DNA of 64,000 nucleotides, from contig OZ024741.1 of assembly GCA_964016885.1 (NCBI GenBank), forward strand, positions 67,332,001 through 67,396,000. Direction: 5' to 3'. The notes beneath the pieces are model-generated. The model had not been told where the DNA came from and searched no databases. It saw only the letters and a program-made list of their open reading frames with translations. Positions 36,621-51,980 of the stretch are shown here, in pieces. This DNA comes from Eledone cirrhosa. Its lineage: Eukaryota. Each line of letters begins with the position of its first letter. Position 1 is the first letter of the stretch. Position numbers and translations under genes: made by a program.

Positions 36621-36843
36621 ATAATGGTTTCTTATATAAGGCAAAAGGCCAGCAATTTTGGAGGAGGCGGAAACTCGATTAAATTGACTCCAGTGCGTGA
36701 CTGATACTTTATTTAATCGACCCCGTAAGGATGAAATGCAAAGTTAACCTCGGGGAGATTTGAGCTCAGATCACAAAGGGCCGTAACTCTATGCTGCAAA
36801 GCATGGCGTCCGACACTCAACCAATACTGCCAATCCATCGCCC
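36621..36843 (-). mobile_element. tRNA-derived SINE
   Basis: Has a B-box-like head, a central GCCTTTCATCCTTACGGGGTCGATAAA-type domain (resembles the MetaSINE domain from memory) and an ATT tail. Confidence 0.85.
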
Positions 36844-36987
36844 TTTCCCTGATCAAATAAAAGAAGTAATACTCGCAACTAGAAAGCCAATGAATACATT
36901 ATAAATAATAACAATACAAATATCTAATGCAATAAAGGCATGTGGCATAACTTCGCCATCAACATCATCAGCAATATTACTGTTACC

Positions 36988-37116
36988 AAAGTTAACCTCG
37001 GCGGGATATGATCGGAGTTTAACTTTGCCTTTCATCCTTACGGGGTGGATAAAATAAAGTACCAGTAATGCACTGGAATAATTGCTAGCCTTGTGCCAAA
37101 AGTAGAAACAATTATT
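36988..37116 (+). mobile_element. SINE 3' part with a short inverted 5' segment
   Basis: AAAGTTAACCTCGGCGGGA (antisense) is followed by TAACTTTGCCTTTCATCC...GTAGAAACAATTATT. Confidence 0.8.
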
Positions 37117-38038
37117 ACGGTTACCACTACCACCAATCTACAAGATCAACATGGCTAACATTAACAACACTACTAATAGAGCCACCACAACCACCAACAT
37201 CACCAGCACCCTCACCACCATCACCACCATCACCACCATCACGAGACACCACCAACACCATTACCACTAAAACACCACCACCACCACCACCATCAAACCC
37301 ACTAACATCACCACCAATATCACAATCATTAGAACTACTACCACCAACACCACCACTATCATTATAGTGACACCACTATCTCGAACAGTGGAACGGCAGC
37401 AGCAATCACTACAATTATCAACATCAGCATAAAAACTATCAACATCGTTATAAACATTTTCACCAGCACCGCCATAATTACGATCAATAGCACTGACGCG
37501 ACTTCCACCACCTCCTCATCTTCATTATCTATATTGTCATTAGAAACACGTTATATATCCATCGAAATCAATTGCATAAGAAGAACTTAGTTGCATAAAA
37601 AAGACACTATTTATTCTCCATCTTTCTTGGTCATTATCCATTTCAACTCCTGAATGTTGAGTTGGATTACACCGCGCGGCATTTTATGAGCAAGTATTTT
37701 CTACCAAAGCTTTTCTATTGAAATTTCGCAGGCGAAACTTCTATGGAAACCTGTCAAATTTATCGTTCCTCTGTAAGAATGTTTGATTTAATACCTAGTG
37801 TAGTTAAACACCACCACCTCATCTTTGATATTGTATAGCAGTCCATACACTGTTGCAAGGCCTGCAACGAGGTTGGCAGCTTGAGGATACATTTATCCCA
37901 CATCCAACACCACCACTAATACCATCACCAATCTTTGGAGTTCTGAAATGGGCTTTGGACGCAACATATATCCTCCGAATAAGCGAGGAAATATAAATGA
38001 AACCTAGCTCTCACCGATCTGCTGTAGGAACACTAAAG

Positions 38039-38388
38039 ATAATTGTTTCTACTTATGACACAAGGCCAGCAATTATCCCAGTGCATTACTGGTACTTTAT
38101 TTTATCGACCCCGTATAGATGAAAGGCAAAGTTAACCTCGGCGGGATTTTAACTCAGACCGTAAAGGGCCATAACTCTATGCTGCAATGCATGGCGTCCG
38201 ACCCCCTACCGATACTGCCAATCCACCGCCCTTTGCCAATCTATCACCCTTATAAATAATTGTTTCTACATTTTGGCACAAGGCCAGCAAATACCCAGTG
38301 CCTTACTGGTACTTTATTTTATCGACCCCGTAAGGCTGAAAGGCAAAATTAACCTCGGCGGGATTCGAACTCATAATGGCAAGGGCCG
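38039..38388 (-). mobile_element. Two tandem SINE copies (38039-38232, 38255-38388)
   Basis: Same family motifs, each with AATAATTGTTTCTAC-type sequence at its 3' end. Confidence 0.87.
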
Positions 38389-38450
38389 TTTATAAATAAT
38401 GCTCGAACATTATAAATAATGCTCGTACAGCAGATCGGTTAAGTTTTGAG

Positions 38451-38975
38451 CGGTGGATTGGGGGAATCGCTAGAGCGTCTAACGCTATGTTTTGTGGCAT
38501 TTAGTTACAGCACTTTACGTTCTGAGTTCAAATCCCACCGATGTTAACTTTGCCTTTCATTCTTACGGGGTCGATAAAATAAAGCACGAGGAATGCACTG
38601 GGTCGATTTAATCCTCTTTCTCCTCCCCTCAAATTGCTGGCCTTGTACCTAAGTCAGAAATCATTATTTAAGTTTGGTCTTGTTATCTAGAGGCATTGTT
38701 CTCCCTTAATGGTATGTTTGGCTGCTGGCTTCTCTGTGACAATGTTTTCTACCTTTGACAGGTTTAATATTTAACCCCTATGTGTATCCTCATACCAGGA
38801 TTGGCAGTATTGGTAGAGGGTCAGACATGCTTTCCAGCGTAGTTACGTCCCTTCTATCTGAGTTCAAATCCCGCCGAGATTAACTTTGCCTTTCCTTCTT
38901 ACGGGGTCGATAAAATAAAGTACCAGTAATACACTGGATATTTGCTGGCCTTGTGCCAAAAGTAGAGACAATTAT
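38451..38975 (+). mobile_element. Two SINE copies (38451-38669, 38799-38975)
   Basis: TCTGAGTTCAAATCCC B-box, central domain and CCTTGT..AGA..ATTAT tail. Confidence 0.87.
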
Positions 38976-39566
38976 CTACCAATGTCGAGGACTGGACAAG
39001 GTTTACTCACCTTCAAACTGACCACGATAGACATTGTACTGGGTTGTATAGTTCTACAGAAGATAATGACAAAGATAAATCAATGATGCCCTGTGTACGC
39101 TGAAATTAGAAACGTATGCGGGATGAGACATCGCTATATAGCAAATATTAACATTTATAATTATGCCGGTTTTAAACAATTATATATATAGATGAGTCAA
39201 TGAAATGAGTAGCTATCTAGCTTCTCGACCTGCTGTAAATAGCAACACAATTTGTCTCAAATCAGTTTTGAATAATGAAAGGGCATATTAGAAAATATAA
39301 TCCTACGCGTTCGTGAACTTGGGAAAGGACCACGCCTTGAATGCCTTAGATCAAAGGTCTGTTCAAACAATATGACAATAATATAAACATATAAGATAAC
39401 AATAATAATGGCAAAAAGATTAACAACATTGAACTGCAACAGCAATAACAATAACGTAAACAGGAACAATAACAACAACATCAACCACCATGGCAACTTA
39501 CAATCAAACGAACAAAGCTATAAAATGAAATGTCTCTTGTTGAAAACCTGTTTCATACAATAGAAC

Positions 39567-40448
<882 letters not shown>

Positions 40449-41052
40449 GAGGGGATTTTTTTGTTTTCATAATGTCTGTAATAAAGAAAACATTTCTGTG
40501 TGTTCGACTTGTTGCTAAGTTTGGAATGAAAAAATATAATTAGTAAGGCGTGGCCATAAATTCTAATGGATCTTTTCAAATTCCCATCAGTATTGTTATC
40601 TGTTATGTCATTAATATTGCTGCTGCTGCATCTGTTATTATTGTTATTTTTATGTTAGCTGTTGCTGTTAGTGTTGATGTTTATGTGGTGATGATTATGG
40701 TGATGTTGTTTGTGGTGATGATTATGGTGATGTTGGTGTTGTCTTTGGTGGCGTTGCTAGTGTTGATGATGCCTATGGTGTTTCTAATTCTATTTTGGTT
40801 TCATTGGATTTCGTTTGATTTTTGTATCGTTACATCTGAATACCTTTTCTCTTTAGTTAACAGAACACCACTAAAAGAATCTCACATACACATTAGCACA
40901 AATACTCACCACGCCTATTAAAATACGGTCGTATCATCCAGGCCATGCAAAGGTATTTAGTCACATCGCTTTCCAGATGGGAAGCTTCATCATCAACATT
41001 CTTTTCCACCTCCACATCTTATCATCCATCACCTCTAACACCTCCTACAAAT

Positions 41053-41093
41053 CCTCCTCCTCCTCCTCCTCCTCCTCCTCCTCCTCCTCCTCC

Positions 41094-41133
<40 letters not shown>

Positions 41134-41330
41134 GGTCGTCGTCGTCGTCGTCGTCATCATCACCATCGTCATCATCATCATCATAACCATCATCATCATC
41201 ATCGTCATCATCACTATCATCATCATCAGCATATTTCCCCTCCACATCTTACCGTCCATCACCTCCACTCCTCCTCCTCTACCTCCTCCCCATCATCATC
41301 ATCATTATAATCACCACCCTCATCATCAAC
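41053..41330. repeat. Compound (CCT)n/(CAT)n/(CGT)n trinucleotide repeat
   Basis: Direct read. Confidence 0.95.
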
Positions 41331-41769
41331 ATCAGTAGCTGTAGATACAGTGTTGACAATGACATCATCAGTAACAGCAACACTAGCAAAGACGGGAGGG
41401 ATTGAATTTGTCATTTCTTAATAAACCATTTCATATATTATACATTCCTACGTATATGTATCTCTGTGTGTGATGGTGAATGTATGTATATCTATATTTA
41501 TGTGTATATATATGTACATGGAAGTGATATATCTCATATGAAATGATACAGCCAATTCTCCACACAATACAATATAGTTAGCACCCCGAACGTTTAATTA
41601 GGAATATACTCAGATATTTCCTAATGTTTGTTGAGTGAGTTGGAATTTGGCCGGAGTATCGCTCTTAGCTTTCTCCGTTTATGTATTTATATATATATAT
41701 AAAGACAACAACAACATCACCATGATCATCACCACAAACAACATCACCATATATATATATATATATGTG

Positions 41770-42159
41770 CATACAGTGTATTGCAAAATACACTATATAT
41801 ATACATTCATATATATATCGCTATTTCAGAGCACCAATTCTAATTTTCAATTTCTGCTTGACCGACAACCGTTCTGTATAATCAGTTCCTGATTATTACT
41901 AGAATTCTATAAGAACCAAACATTCATGATTTTCAGCAAACAGGCGGAGTACTTAGCTTTGATAAGCACCAAAAAGTGCAAAACAGGGCTCTGTCAGCTT
42001 TATCTCCCCTGTTTGCTGAAAATTAAAGTAAGTGAGACTGTCACTACTCTAAAATAATAGCGTAAGGTCTTCGAAATGATTTTAATTAAGCATACAATGT
42101 ATTGCAAAATACACTATATATACATTCATATATATATTGCTATTTCAGAGCACCAATTC

Positions 42160-42166
<7 letters not shown>
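41770..42166 (+). mobile_element. Retrozyme-like element family A, copy 1 (321-bp unit plus ~75-bp terminal redundancy)
   Basis: 41770-41847 repeats at 42091-42166. Contains an internal HHR. Flanked by (TA)n. Homologous along its length to 48572-48940. Confidence 0.8.
41930..42022 (+). ncRNA. Type I hammerhead ribozyme, U3:A8 core, G12A lesion
   Basis: agct-TTGATAA-GCAC(caaaaa)GTGC-AAAA-CAG(ggct)CTG-TC-agct. Extended stem I TTTTCAGCAAACAGG/CCTGTTTGCTGAAAA. Confidence 0.8.
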
Positions 42167-42203
<37 letters not shown>

Positions 42204-42767
42204 CACGACGGAACTGTGCAGTAGTATTGAACCCGAAACGACGGATTGCAACAAGATGTCCGGATACACACACCAATGCTTAAGCATATAGTGGCCTCTC
42301 CCGTTGATTTCGACGTATGAAGATCCATTCAAACACCCTTTGCAGTTCATTCCGTTTTGATGTTTATAACAGGCATGATATTTTGACACGCCAAGTAATT
42401 GCAAGCAAGTCCACAGATCATGCATGGATGAGGTTTGCAGGACAATGTCGCTGGTATGTTTGATAATGGTTTTTTCCTCCCTCTTGTATATTGTAGCCTA
42501 TGTATACAAAGGATTCAAAGTTCCTGATCCCATTATGAAAAAGATCTCCGCTGCAAGGCCACTTGTTGAAATATCTCATTAGAAATATTGGTTGCTGAAA
42601 GATTACACTTCGTCCTGTCTTATTAAGTCGGCCAAGGCCACTCCTGCGTACTGATTATCTCCAATCTTGCAGTTAGTGAAGGGGTCAGTTTAAGATATTT
42701 TATGAAACGCATGGTTAAACATTCAAAGAGAAAATATCTAACTCTGGCCTTTTCACATATACAGTCC

Positions 42768-42839
<72 letters not shown>

Positions 42840-42978
42840 GAAGACATGTCAGGCTAAAATTTGTTTGTGTGAATCAATGTGCAAACACAGTATATAAGGA
42901 GGATTGTTTACCAAAGTATTTCTTGCCTAGTCGATTGTTTTTCATAGTACTATACTTTTATACACCCACGTGTGCGCG

Positions 42979-43045
<67 letters not shown>

Positions 43046-43143
43046 CTGATGTCAACATGAATGGACCTGTTATTTTTATCTAAAGACATTTTTTCCAATT
43101 CCAAGCCACCCGTCCCTTCAATATATCTTATTTCTCATTCTTT

Positions 43144-43177
43144 CTTCTGATGAAAGACTAGCGACCGAAATGTCAAG
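43144..43177 (+). ncRNA. Minimal type I hammerhead motif (Penelope pLTR type), eroded stem II
   Basis: ctt-CTGATGA-aagactagcgacc-GAAA-TG-TC-aag. Related to the motif at 52926-52958. Confidence 0.6.
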
Positions 43178-43320
43178 TCCCTCTTCCTGCTATTTCAAGC
43201 GTTAACCTAATATATTCCTTTCATATACTGTTCCGATTGTGTTGTTATTTCTGTTTACCATTTACATATATATATATATGAATATATAGACGTAAACATA
43301 TATATTTTAATAGTACGACG

Positions 43321-43395
43321 GGCATTGGGTGTGTGGTGGCTGCAGACATTGTGTAGAAATCTGTTGATCGGGTTCAATGCCACCGCAGAGTCCCC
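43321..43395 (+). mobile_element. tRNA-like short repeat; related inverted copy at ~42205-42280
   Basis: GGGTTCAATGCC B-box-like motif; the two copies align by eye. Confidence 0.5.
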
Positions 43396-43402
43396 TCTTG
43401 TT

Positions 43403-43433
<31 letters not shown>

Positions 43434-43450
43434 GATAAGAGAGAGAGAGA

Positions 43451-43590
43451 TTGCGAAAGCATGAAAGTACTTATTCAATTAACACTTAACATTTAATATT
43501 CTACCATACTATTTCATTCTAATACCATTATAATTTTAAAGGATTGTAAATAAAACGAGTAAATCAGACAAAGTTGGAATTACTTTTATT
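43451..43590. repeat. ~140-bp AT-rich dispersed repeat; inverted copy at 62722-62862
   Basis: Near-identical reverse-complement match; both copies abut microsatellites. Confidence 0.9.
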
Positions 43591-43858
43591 AATATAATCT
43601 TCTATACACAATCATACACATCCGTTTATATTTATTTATATATATATATACACACACACACACTCGCACACACATTATACAGAATCGTGTTATTCAGAAA
43701 GTAATCTGATTGGACAATAAAGTTTCAAATCGCATGATACCATTGTGGTAATATTGCAAACAATATAAGCATGACTCATTAAAATATGCGTTGCATATCA
43801 ATAAGAATGCATACATGGTCGCCTGTATGTATGCATATATATATATATATATATACAG

Positions 43859-43890
<32 letters not shown>

Positions 43891-44167
43891 TGTTTATATA
43901 TATATATATGTATGTATGTATGTGTGTGCGTGCGTCTTTGTGTCGGTGTATACGTATGTTTTGTATGTATGAGCTTTCTATAAATCTATCTTGACATCTA
44001 AATATAAAAATATCATCTCCTTTGTCTAGATGGCTAAAGGATATATTCACTCAGACACACACACCCACACACATCACACACTTCCTTTCTCACTCCCCCT
44101 CTCTCTCTCTCTTGCTCTCTCTCTCTTTCTCTATACACATATATATATATATATATATATAGATATT

Positions 44168-44227
<60 letters not shown>

Positions 44228-44241
44228 CACTCAGACACACA

Positions 44242-44339
<98 letters not shown>

Positions 44340-44757
44340 TTATATTCATATTCATGTGTGTGTATATATATTATCTTATATAATTGCAGCCATTCATATG
44401 AATATTTACAACACTGCATTCTTACATAAATTGATCAGTATCGACATCTTAACATTATTACGCAAAACTCAATACATAATTGATGACTTATTGTGTTAGA
44501 TACTGAATCACCAATGACTCGTATCCTATGGGGCAAAAATACGAGATATCTTGATGTCACATATGCGAAACCATAAATCAAATATGTTTTCTAAACTGAA
44601 TAATATGGCAATATGCTAACATATGCAGAAATGATACACACGAGTGCGCACGCACACACAAGCGAAACATACACACCTATATATATATCCTGTGCTTGTA
44701 TATGTACATATAGATGCACACTCACACGAGCACATATACATTTGTATACGTATATAT

Positions 44758-44955
44758 ATATGAAAGGATTCATCACCCCGACTACTGAGCTCAAGCCCTT
44801 TCGATAGCTAGAACCTAAATAGTTCGGAGCTAGCTGTCGAAACGGCCGGAGCTCAGCCGTCGGGATCCTGAATCCTTTCATATTATCCACTCTACTATCC
44901 CAAGTACTCTGATGTGTTATGGTCTAACTGGTATCTTACCACATCCTATTTGTTA
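44758..44955 (+). mobile_element. Fold-back element family C, diverged copy
   Basis: Imperfect palindrome 44758-44883 plus a tail homologous to 53557-53635. Confidence 0.75.
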
Positions 44956-44956
44956 T

Positions 44957-45374
<418 letters not shown>

Positions 45375-45393
45375 TATATATCCACATATAGAA

Positions 45394-45468
<75 letters not shown>

Positions 45469-47467
45469 TGTGTGCGTGTGTGCATATATATATATAGAGA
45501 GAGAGAGAAGGAGAGATAGAGAGAGAAAGAGGGGGGAGAGGGAGAGAGAAAAAGCTATTAAATTAGCGGCGGTGTTTTTGCTTTGGTTGATGTATACGAA
45601 CATCATTCATTGAATATTTTGTAAATTATGTTTTCAGTAAGATATTAAACCAATGGCATTGTCAGACCCTTTCAAAATTGTGTTGTGCTACTGATGGTCG
45701 GCATCATTCCGTTCAAGCTGCTACATATCGATGATTGCAGTAATGCCATGTACATGGTTGTAAATTCCAGTGTAATTTTGTGATGAAGGATCTGTCTGTG
45801 GTTTCTACGGGACGAAGTTGATGTTACATAGCCTAGTGATTTATATGGGACTTTTGCTTTGAATACACATTACGGTAGAGAGACGAGCAATGACGATTAT
45901 TAGACAAAATCTATATGGAGCTCACAGGTTTTATTGCGGTACAGAGAGAGACAGATTTCCGAGACATTATGTCTGTGATCCAAAATTTAGAGCGTGTCTC
46001 TTTACAATGTCATTCCGATCAATCAGATGTCTTCTATTTCTTTGTATTCTCTGCTATTTAAACAACAGCAGCACAATGTGGTAGTGTTACGCAAATGTGT
46101 CTGTAATTGTAATGTAGGTGGTTAATAATTGTTGGGAACTTAAATATTTTCTAGAAATAAAAGGGAAAGGAGAATGTTTGAAGATACTGGTTTTAGTAAC
46201 TCGTAAAATTCTCATCTTGTATATTATACCTATGATAAAATGTAATATAACTGTGACATTTCTGTTCTCCTTTTAGCAAGTATATGTGGAAGCAATCTAA
46301 TATGTTCTTTCTTTGTTTAAAATTGAGCAATTTGAATACGATTTAGATCTGAAGGTGAGCGAAAGACACCTGGAACTGACTTTGTTGTGTGAAACAACAG
46401 AATGACTAGTATACAAAATCTTATATTAGTGAATGTAGGCCCATCCTGTTTCAGACATAAGACCAAACGAAGGCGAATTTCTGTGATCATGGCTTATGTA
46501 TCAACTCTGAAATATGATGTGGCTTTTCTGAGATGATTGTGCATCTGTTGCATAGGTTGTTCCTACAGTTTAACTTCATGACCTTTGTGATGTATGCAAT
46601 AAAAATCAAATATTCTGAGATAGTTATCATGAATATTTCCAATATCTGGCATTCGTGTCGCCAAGAGTTATGGTTGGGGTTCTTTACAGGAAATGGAACC
46701 GGAAGTTTTTGCGGATTGGATACTAAATCCTTAAGAAAAACTAGTGTCACCCTAAATAATGGAACCAGCTGGATGTTGTTACTATGCCCGCAGAAACATA
46801 ACTGCGATATCTTAAATTCTCGAATGCATCGCATTGCAGAATGAAATACGGACCTCAATGTGGTAATGAAATCTATGACATTACAACAAAAGCCAAACCA
46901 TTGTTTCCTTGCCGAAGAAGCAATCAACCAAGGTAGATATATAAAACACAACCGTATGTAAGATCCAAGAACCTACTGCAAAATCTGAATATACATACAT
47001 ACATGCATACATACACACAAAAATACACACACTTGTATATATATATATATATATATATAATTCAAGAAAGATTGACATGGTTCGCTATACAATAAGGCTG
47101 ACAATTGTTTCTTTGATCTGGCAGGTCTAGAGTTCGCTATACGCCTGATTTTGCGCCAATCAATCTCCAATACTTTGTTTATAACCAGTCTTTTTCATCG
47201 GATCGGGTGAAATGAAGAAAATACATAAGGCATGGTTTTTTTTATATAAGTGTGGTATTAAACCATAATATCAATAATAAAATAAAATAAAAAAAAACAG
47301 ATAGCATACAATTAAATTAATAACATCAATGTAAGTAAGAGATAGAGTATAATGGATAATCTAGCGTGTTAAACAGACTGATATGATACAGATGTGAAAT
47401 GACATGTGAAAACTGCTATGTCTTCAAAGTTACATCTATGTATGCACGCATGTAAGTATGCTGTACA

Positions 47468-47578
<111 letters not shown>

Positions 47579-47587
47579 TATATATAC

Positions 47588-47711
<124 letters not shown>

Positions 47712-47733
47712 ATATATATATATAGATATATAG

Positions 47734-47764
<31 letters not shown>

Positions 47765-47769
47765 TATGT

Positions 47770-47808
<39 letters not shown>

Positions 47809-48457
47809 CCTGTACACCATACTTACAACTTACATGCGTGCATACATAGATGTCATTTTGAAGACACATCCACATATTCGCCAAAGTTTTGCCTATCATT
47901 ATATTAACTCAACCACCCACACGTCTTCAAATCTAATAATTCCAGTATGTAATTTCTATAAGTTTATGACTCATTATCTCCATATATAATACTGCATATA
48001 TAATACTTATTCCACCTCCTTTCATTGCATGCATATATTTGTGATCGTTGCATGAATAATGTGTGAAGATTGAACATTGATGTTGTGTAAATAGCATGCA
48101 CAGATCTGGAAAATGAATAGAATATAAGAAGAAAAACAAAACAAAAAAAAAACAAGAAAGAATATCGAAAAGTTTGCGATGGCTCCAAGTAAAACACCTT
48201 GACATCTAGAAATTAGAAATCAGTTACATAGTCGTATTGATATTGCGAAAATAGTAGAGAATTTTCCGTACATTTTCTATTGTTCGATCTAAAGTGATAA
48301 AAGGATACATAATTAACTTGGTTAAATGCGTGTATATTTTAGTTTAGTAACGCGATGTGGTCTTTTTCTTGTTCTTGTTATTGTAGTTTTCTGTTAATTT
48401 ATGTCCTTATGATTTCTACCCCTAAATACATGCAAGCCTATACATTCAGCCACTCAT

Positions 48458-48513
<56 letters not shown>

Positions 48514-48571
48514 GTGTGCTTGTTTGTGCAAGTGTGTGTGTGTATGTGTGTATAATATATATATATATATA

Positions 48572-48940
48572 TTTTAATTAAACATATGGTATATTTCCAA
48601 ATATACTATACATACATTCATGTATACATCGCTATTTCAGAGCACCAATCCTAATACCTATATTTTGCTGGACCGACAATCGCTCTGTATAATAAGCTCC
48701 TGATTATTACTGGAATTCTATAAGAATCCAGCTTCTATAATTTTCGGCGAAAGCAGGGGTGTACGTGACTCTGATGAACGCCAACCAGCGTGAAACAGAC
48801 TGTCAGCTTCTCTCCCTTCCTTCACCGAAAAGAAGTAAGTGACATAGTCACCACTTTAAAACTGATAGCGTATGGTCTTCTAAATGTTTTTAATTAAACA
48901 TACGGTATATTGCCAAATATACTATACATACATTCATATA
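48572..48940 (+). mobile_element. Retrozyme-like element family A, copy 2 (~316-bp unit plus ~50-bp redundancy)
   Basis: 48572-48620 repeats from 48888. Contains an internal HHR. (TA)n flanks. Confidence 0.8.
48741..48831 (+). ncRNA. Type I hammerhead ribozyme, canonical core
   Basis: CTGATGA(48771)-ACGC(caacca)GCGT-GAAA-CAG(a)CTG-TC-ag. Distal stem TTTTCGG/CCGAAAA. Confidence 0.85.
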
Positions 48941-49071
48941 CATATATATATATATATATGTATAAATATTTCGTATCTCCAAAGATATACAGTTTTAGGA
49001 AGCCGTAGCTATGCAAACACCGGGGGGCTAATGCTCTCTGGTGATGTCCAGCAGAAGCAAGGGGGACAACC

Positions 49072-49109
49072 GTCTATGCATTTCAGGCTTAACTGGCCTT
49101 GGTCAGGAC
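49072..49109 (-). ncRNA. Type I hammerhead, G8C lesion
   Basis: gtc-CTGACCA-AGGC(cagttaa)GCCT-GAAA-TGCA-TA-gac, with extended stem I ACCGTC/GACGGT and TCCAGCAG/CTGCTGGA. Confidence 0.8.
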
Positions 49110-49402
49110 GGTCCCTCCCACCGCTTGCGACTGCTGGATTAGAAGACAGGCGAGAATATATACTTTTATCGTCTGTGTAAATGAGGTGATTGATCTCATT
49201 TGCACATGAAGTTGCATAAGTTGGCTCAACTTATAATAAAAAAAGAAATAGGATTTCGCTTCAAGCATAGCTTTATACAATATGTATAAATATTTCGTAT
49301 CTCCAAAGAAATAGTTTTAGGAAGCCGTAGCTATGCAAACACCCGGGGGGGGGGGGGGCTAACGCCCTCTGGTGATGTCCAGCAGAAGCAAGGGGGACAA
49401 CC

Positions 49403-49440
49403 GTCTATGCATTTCAGGCTTAACTGGCCTTCATCAGGAC
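49403..49440 (-). ncRNA. Type I hammerhead, intact core with palindromic stem III
   Basis: gtc-CTGATGA-AGGC(cagttaa)GCCT-GAAA-TGCA-TA-gac. Confidence 0.9.
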
Positions 49441-49566
49441 ATCACCTAAGGGCGTTAGCCCCCCGGTGTTTGCATAGCTACGGCTTCCTAAAACTGTATT
49501 TCTTTGGAGATACGAAATATTTATACATATTGTATAAAGCTACGCTTGAAGCGAAATCCTATTTCT

Positions 49567-49606
<40 letters not shown>

Positions 49607-49665
49607 TATATATATCCGTCCTTGCGGGCTGATTCACAAGTATTGGCCGCCGAACTTAGCATTGG

Positions 49666-49920
49666 ATGTCTGTCTCTGGTCCGTTCTATGTTCTCGACTC
49701 CTTTGTCGATACCTGCCGCCGCACCTTGATGCGCTTCAATTTTCGCAAGCTCTTTCGTCGCTCCAACTTCACTTGGGCTGAGATCTCCGTTCTCCGCCAC
49801 CCACAGCGCCGCAACGACAAAGGTAGCACCGTGGTGGTGTGGCGTGCGCACTTCTTCCGGGCTGAGTTTCTCTGTCAGCTTCTTAGTTCCACTTTTCATC
49901 GTCCATTAACACAATTGTGA
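49666..49920 (+). pseudogene. Penelope-like element RT N-terminal fragment
   Basis: LDSFVDTCR...SNFTWAEISVLRH...DKGSTVVVW......E...QL matches the PLE SNL..E..AL..L / DKG..VVV signature. Confidence 0.75.
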
Positions 49921-50168
49921 TACATACACATATTTACAGAAAATTTCCCTCTCCCTAAAAACAATTTTGTTCCTTGTGAAAAAACACAATTATCACCACT
50001 GCTGCTGCTGCTCCTACCATGACTACATATCCCTCTATACACAAGATTCCATTTTTTCAGTCTTTTTCTCAACAAGAAAGATGAACAAACTTACCTCAAT
50101 ACTTAATTTTAAATCCTTAATTTTTAATCTTTTTAATTATTTTTAATTCTTGTTAATTGTAATACTCA

Positions 50169-50214
50169 ACATTTGATAAGATTGTGTTTACTAATACATC
50201 GAAACCGGTTATAT
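50169..50214 (+). ncRNA. Type I hammerhead motif, U3:A8 core
   Basis: acat-TTGATAA-GATtGTGTT(tact)AATACATC-GAAA-CCGG-TT-atat. Confidence 0.65.
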
Positions 50215-50887
50215 TTTATGTATTTTACATACATTATAGAACTCTTTTTAAAAAGAATTGTTCCTCTCATTTTTTTCAATAATGTCACTTTGACGAATCA
50301 AAGAAAGGAAAAAAGAAGGGAAAAAAAGGAAAACAGATCCTTAAATATATTTTTTATGCTATTTCCAATTTCATCTTTTCTCTATAGCCACAGTTTTGTA
50401 TAGAACCTTACTCCCTTTTCAAATATATATATATACACACACTAACAAATATGTTTGTCTATGACTGTCTCTGTGTGTGGGTGTGAGCGCGCAGGTGAGC
50501 GATGGCGTTTGATGTATATCAATTTCTCTCTTAGAGCATTGGAGGTCATCATTTCTATTGAACGCAGTTAGTTGAGTATCGAGTGTTCCCAATGGATCGT
50601 TTTAAGTCCTTTTTAACCAGTCATTTAGTACAGATTCTATCAAATCTCTTTCATTGACAACCATTATATGAAAGCTAATCTCTATATTGCTTACTCATTC
50701 TTGTAAGTATTTCTCTTTTTTATGTTTTCACTGTTTCTTTTTTATCAATATGAAATTAGGTGAGTTATTGTCCAATAAATTTCAGCCCACATCATGACAC
50801 CTTACGCCTCATTTGTACGTTATTCATTGCATTCACTGCAATTGTGATTCTTTAGAATACTTTACAATATTCATTTCGGCTTCATGC

Positions 50888-50966
50888 GCTCTGAGTTCAA
50901 AATCCATCGAAGCTTTGCTTTTCATCCTTTCGAGTTCGATAAAAAGGCTACCGGTCCATCACTGGA
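50888..50966 (+). mobile_element. Degenerate SINE fragment
   Basis: TCTGAGTTCAAA..CTTTGCTTTTCATCCTTTCGAGTTCGATAAA. Confidence 0.7.
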
Positions 50967-51488
50967 GTTGACTCTTATTCTATATCCCTTTCTCACATTT
51001 TCTATCAATTTATCTCTCTATCTCTCTCTCGCTTTTCTCTTTCTTTCTTTTGCTCTCCTTCTATGGAAGAGATCTACTATATTCAGATACGCCAGAGATG
51101 AGATTCGCCAGGTTTAAACTGCTTAATATGCGTTGAATGGGAGTATAGTGTTCCCACAAGTCCATCAGGTGTTATATGTCCATGTATACAGATACATTCT
51201 AATGCTACAATGCATTACAATATGGATTCCTTTAATAGCTTCGCAGTATAATCTTGATTCTAAACGTTGGAAAGAAGTATGTGAGAACGGACAGAAAAGG
51301 TTTAAGCCCATGGCAATAATACTTTTTGACTTAAAATTCAAAATTAATTGATATGGATAGGATGTGAGCAGTGGCAGCCTGGACAGGTTGCCAGGTTGCC
51401 CAATGAAAAGTGGGCCCCAGGGAATTAATACAAACCAAAATATATGATAGAGCAAATAGCTGGAATCAGTGGTTATACATACTACTGA

Positions 51489-51812
<324 letters not shown>

Positions 51813-51980
51813 CAATTAGATCCCTAGGGATTTTTGTACAAGTTGAAAAGATGTTATGTATTATACATATATATAAATCTATATATACACATGTACATGC
51901 ACACATATACACGCACTCCCATATATATACTGAGTGAGTGTGTGTGAAAGACCAAAAAGGTCATTAATGAAAGTCTCTGG

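Larger units (their letters stand above)
48957..49567 (-). mobile_element. Retrozyme/pLTR-like element family B: ~1.5 tandem ~324-bp units plus an inverted terminal arm
   Basis: 48957-49109 repeats at 49281-49440. 49437-49567 is an inverted copy of 49243-49380. One HHR per unit. Confidence 0.85.

Noticed and set aside
37125-37520. ACC/ATC-rich tract as the other end of the minisatellite
   Set aside because: Opposite strand polarity and no 33-bp period.
40945-41338. Poly-Pro/His/Ser/Asp ORFs
   Set aside because: Translations of compound trinucleotide microsatellites.
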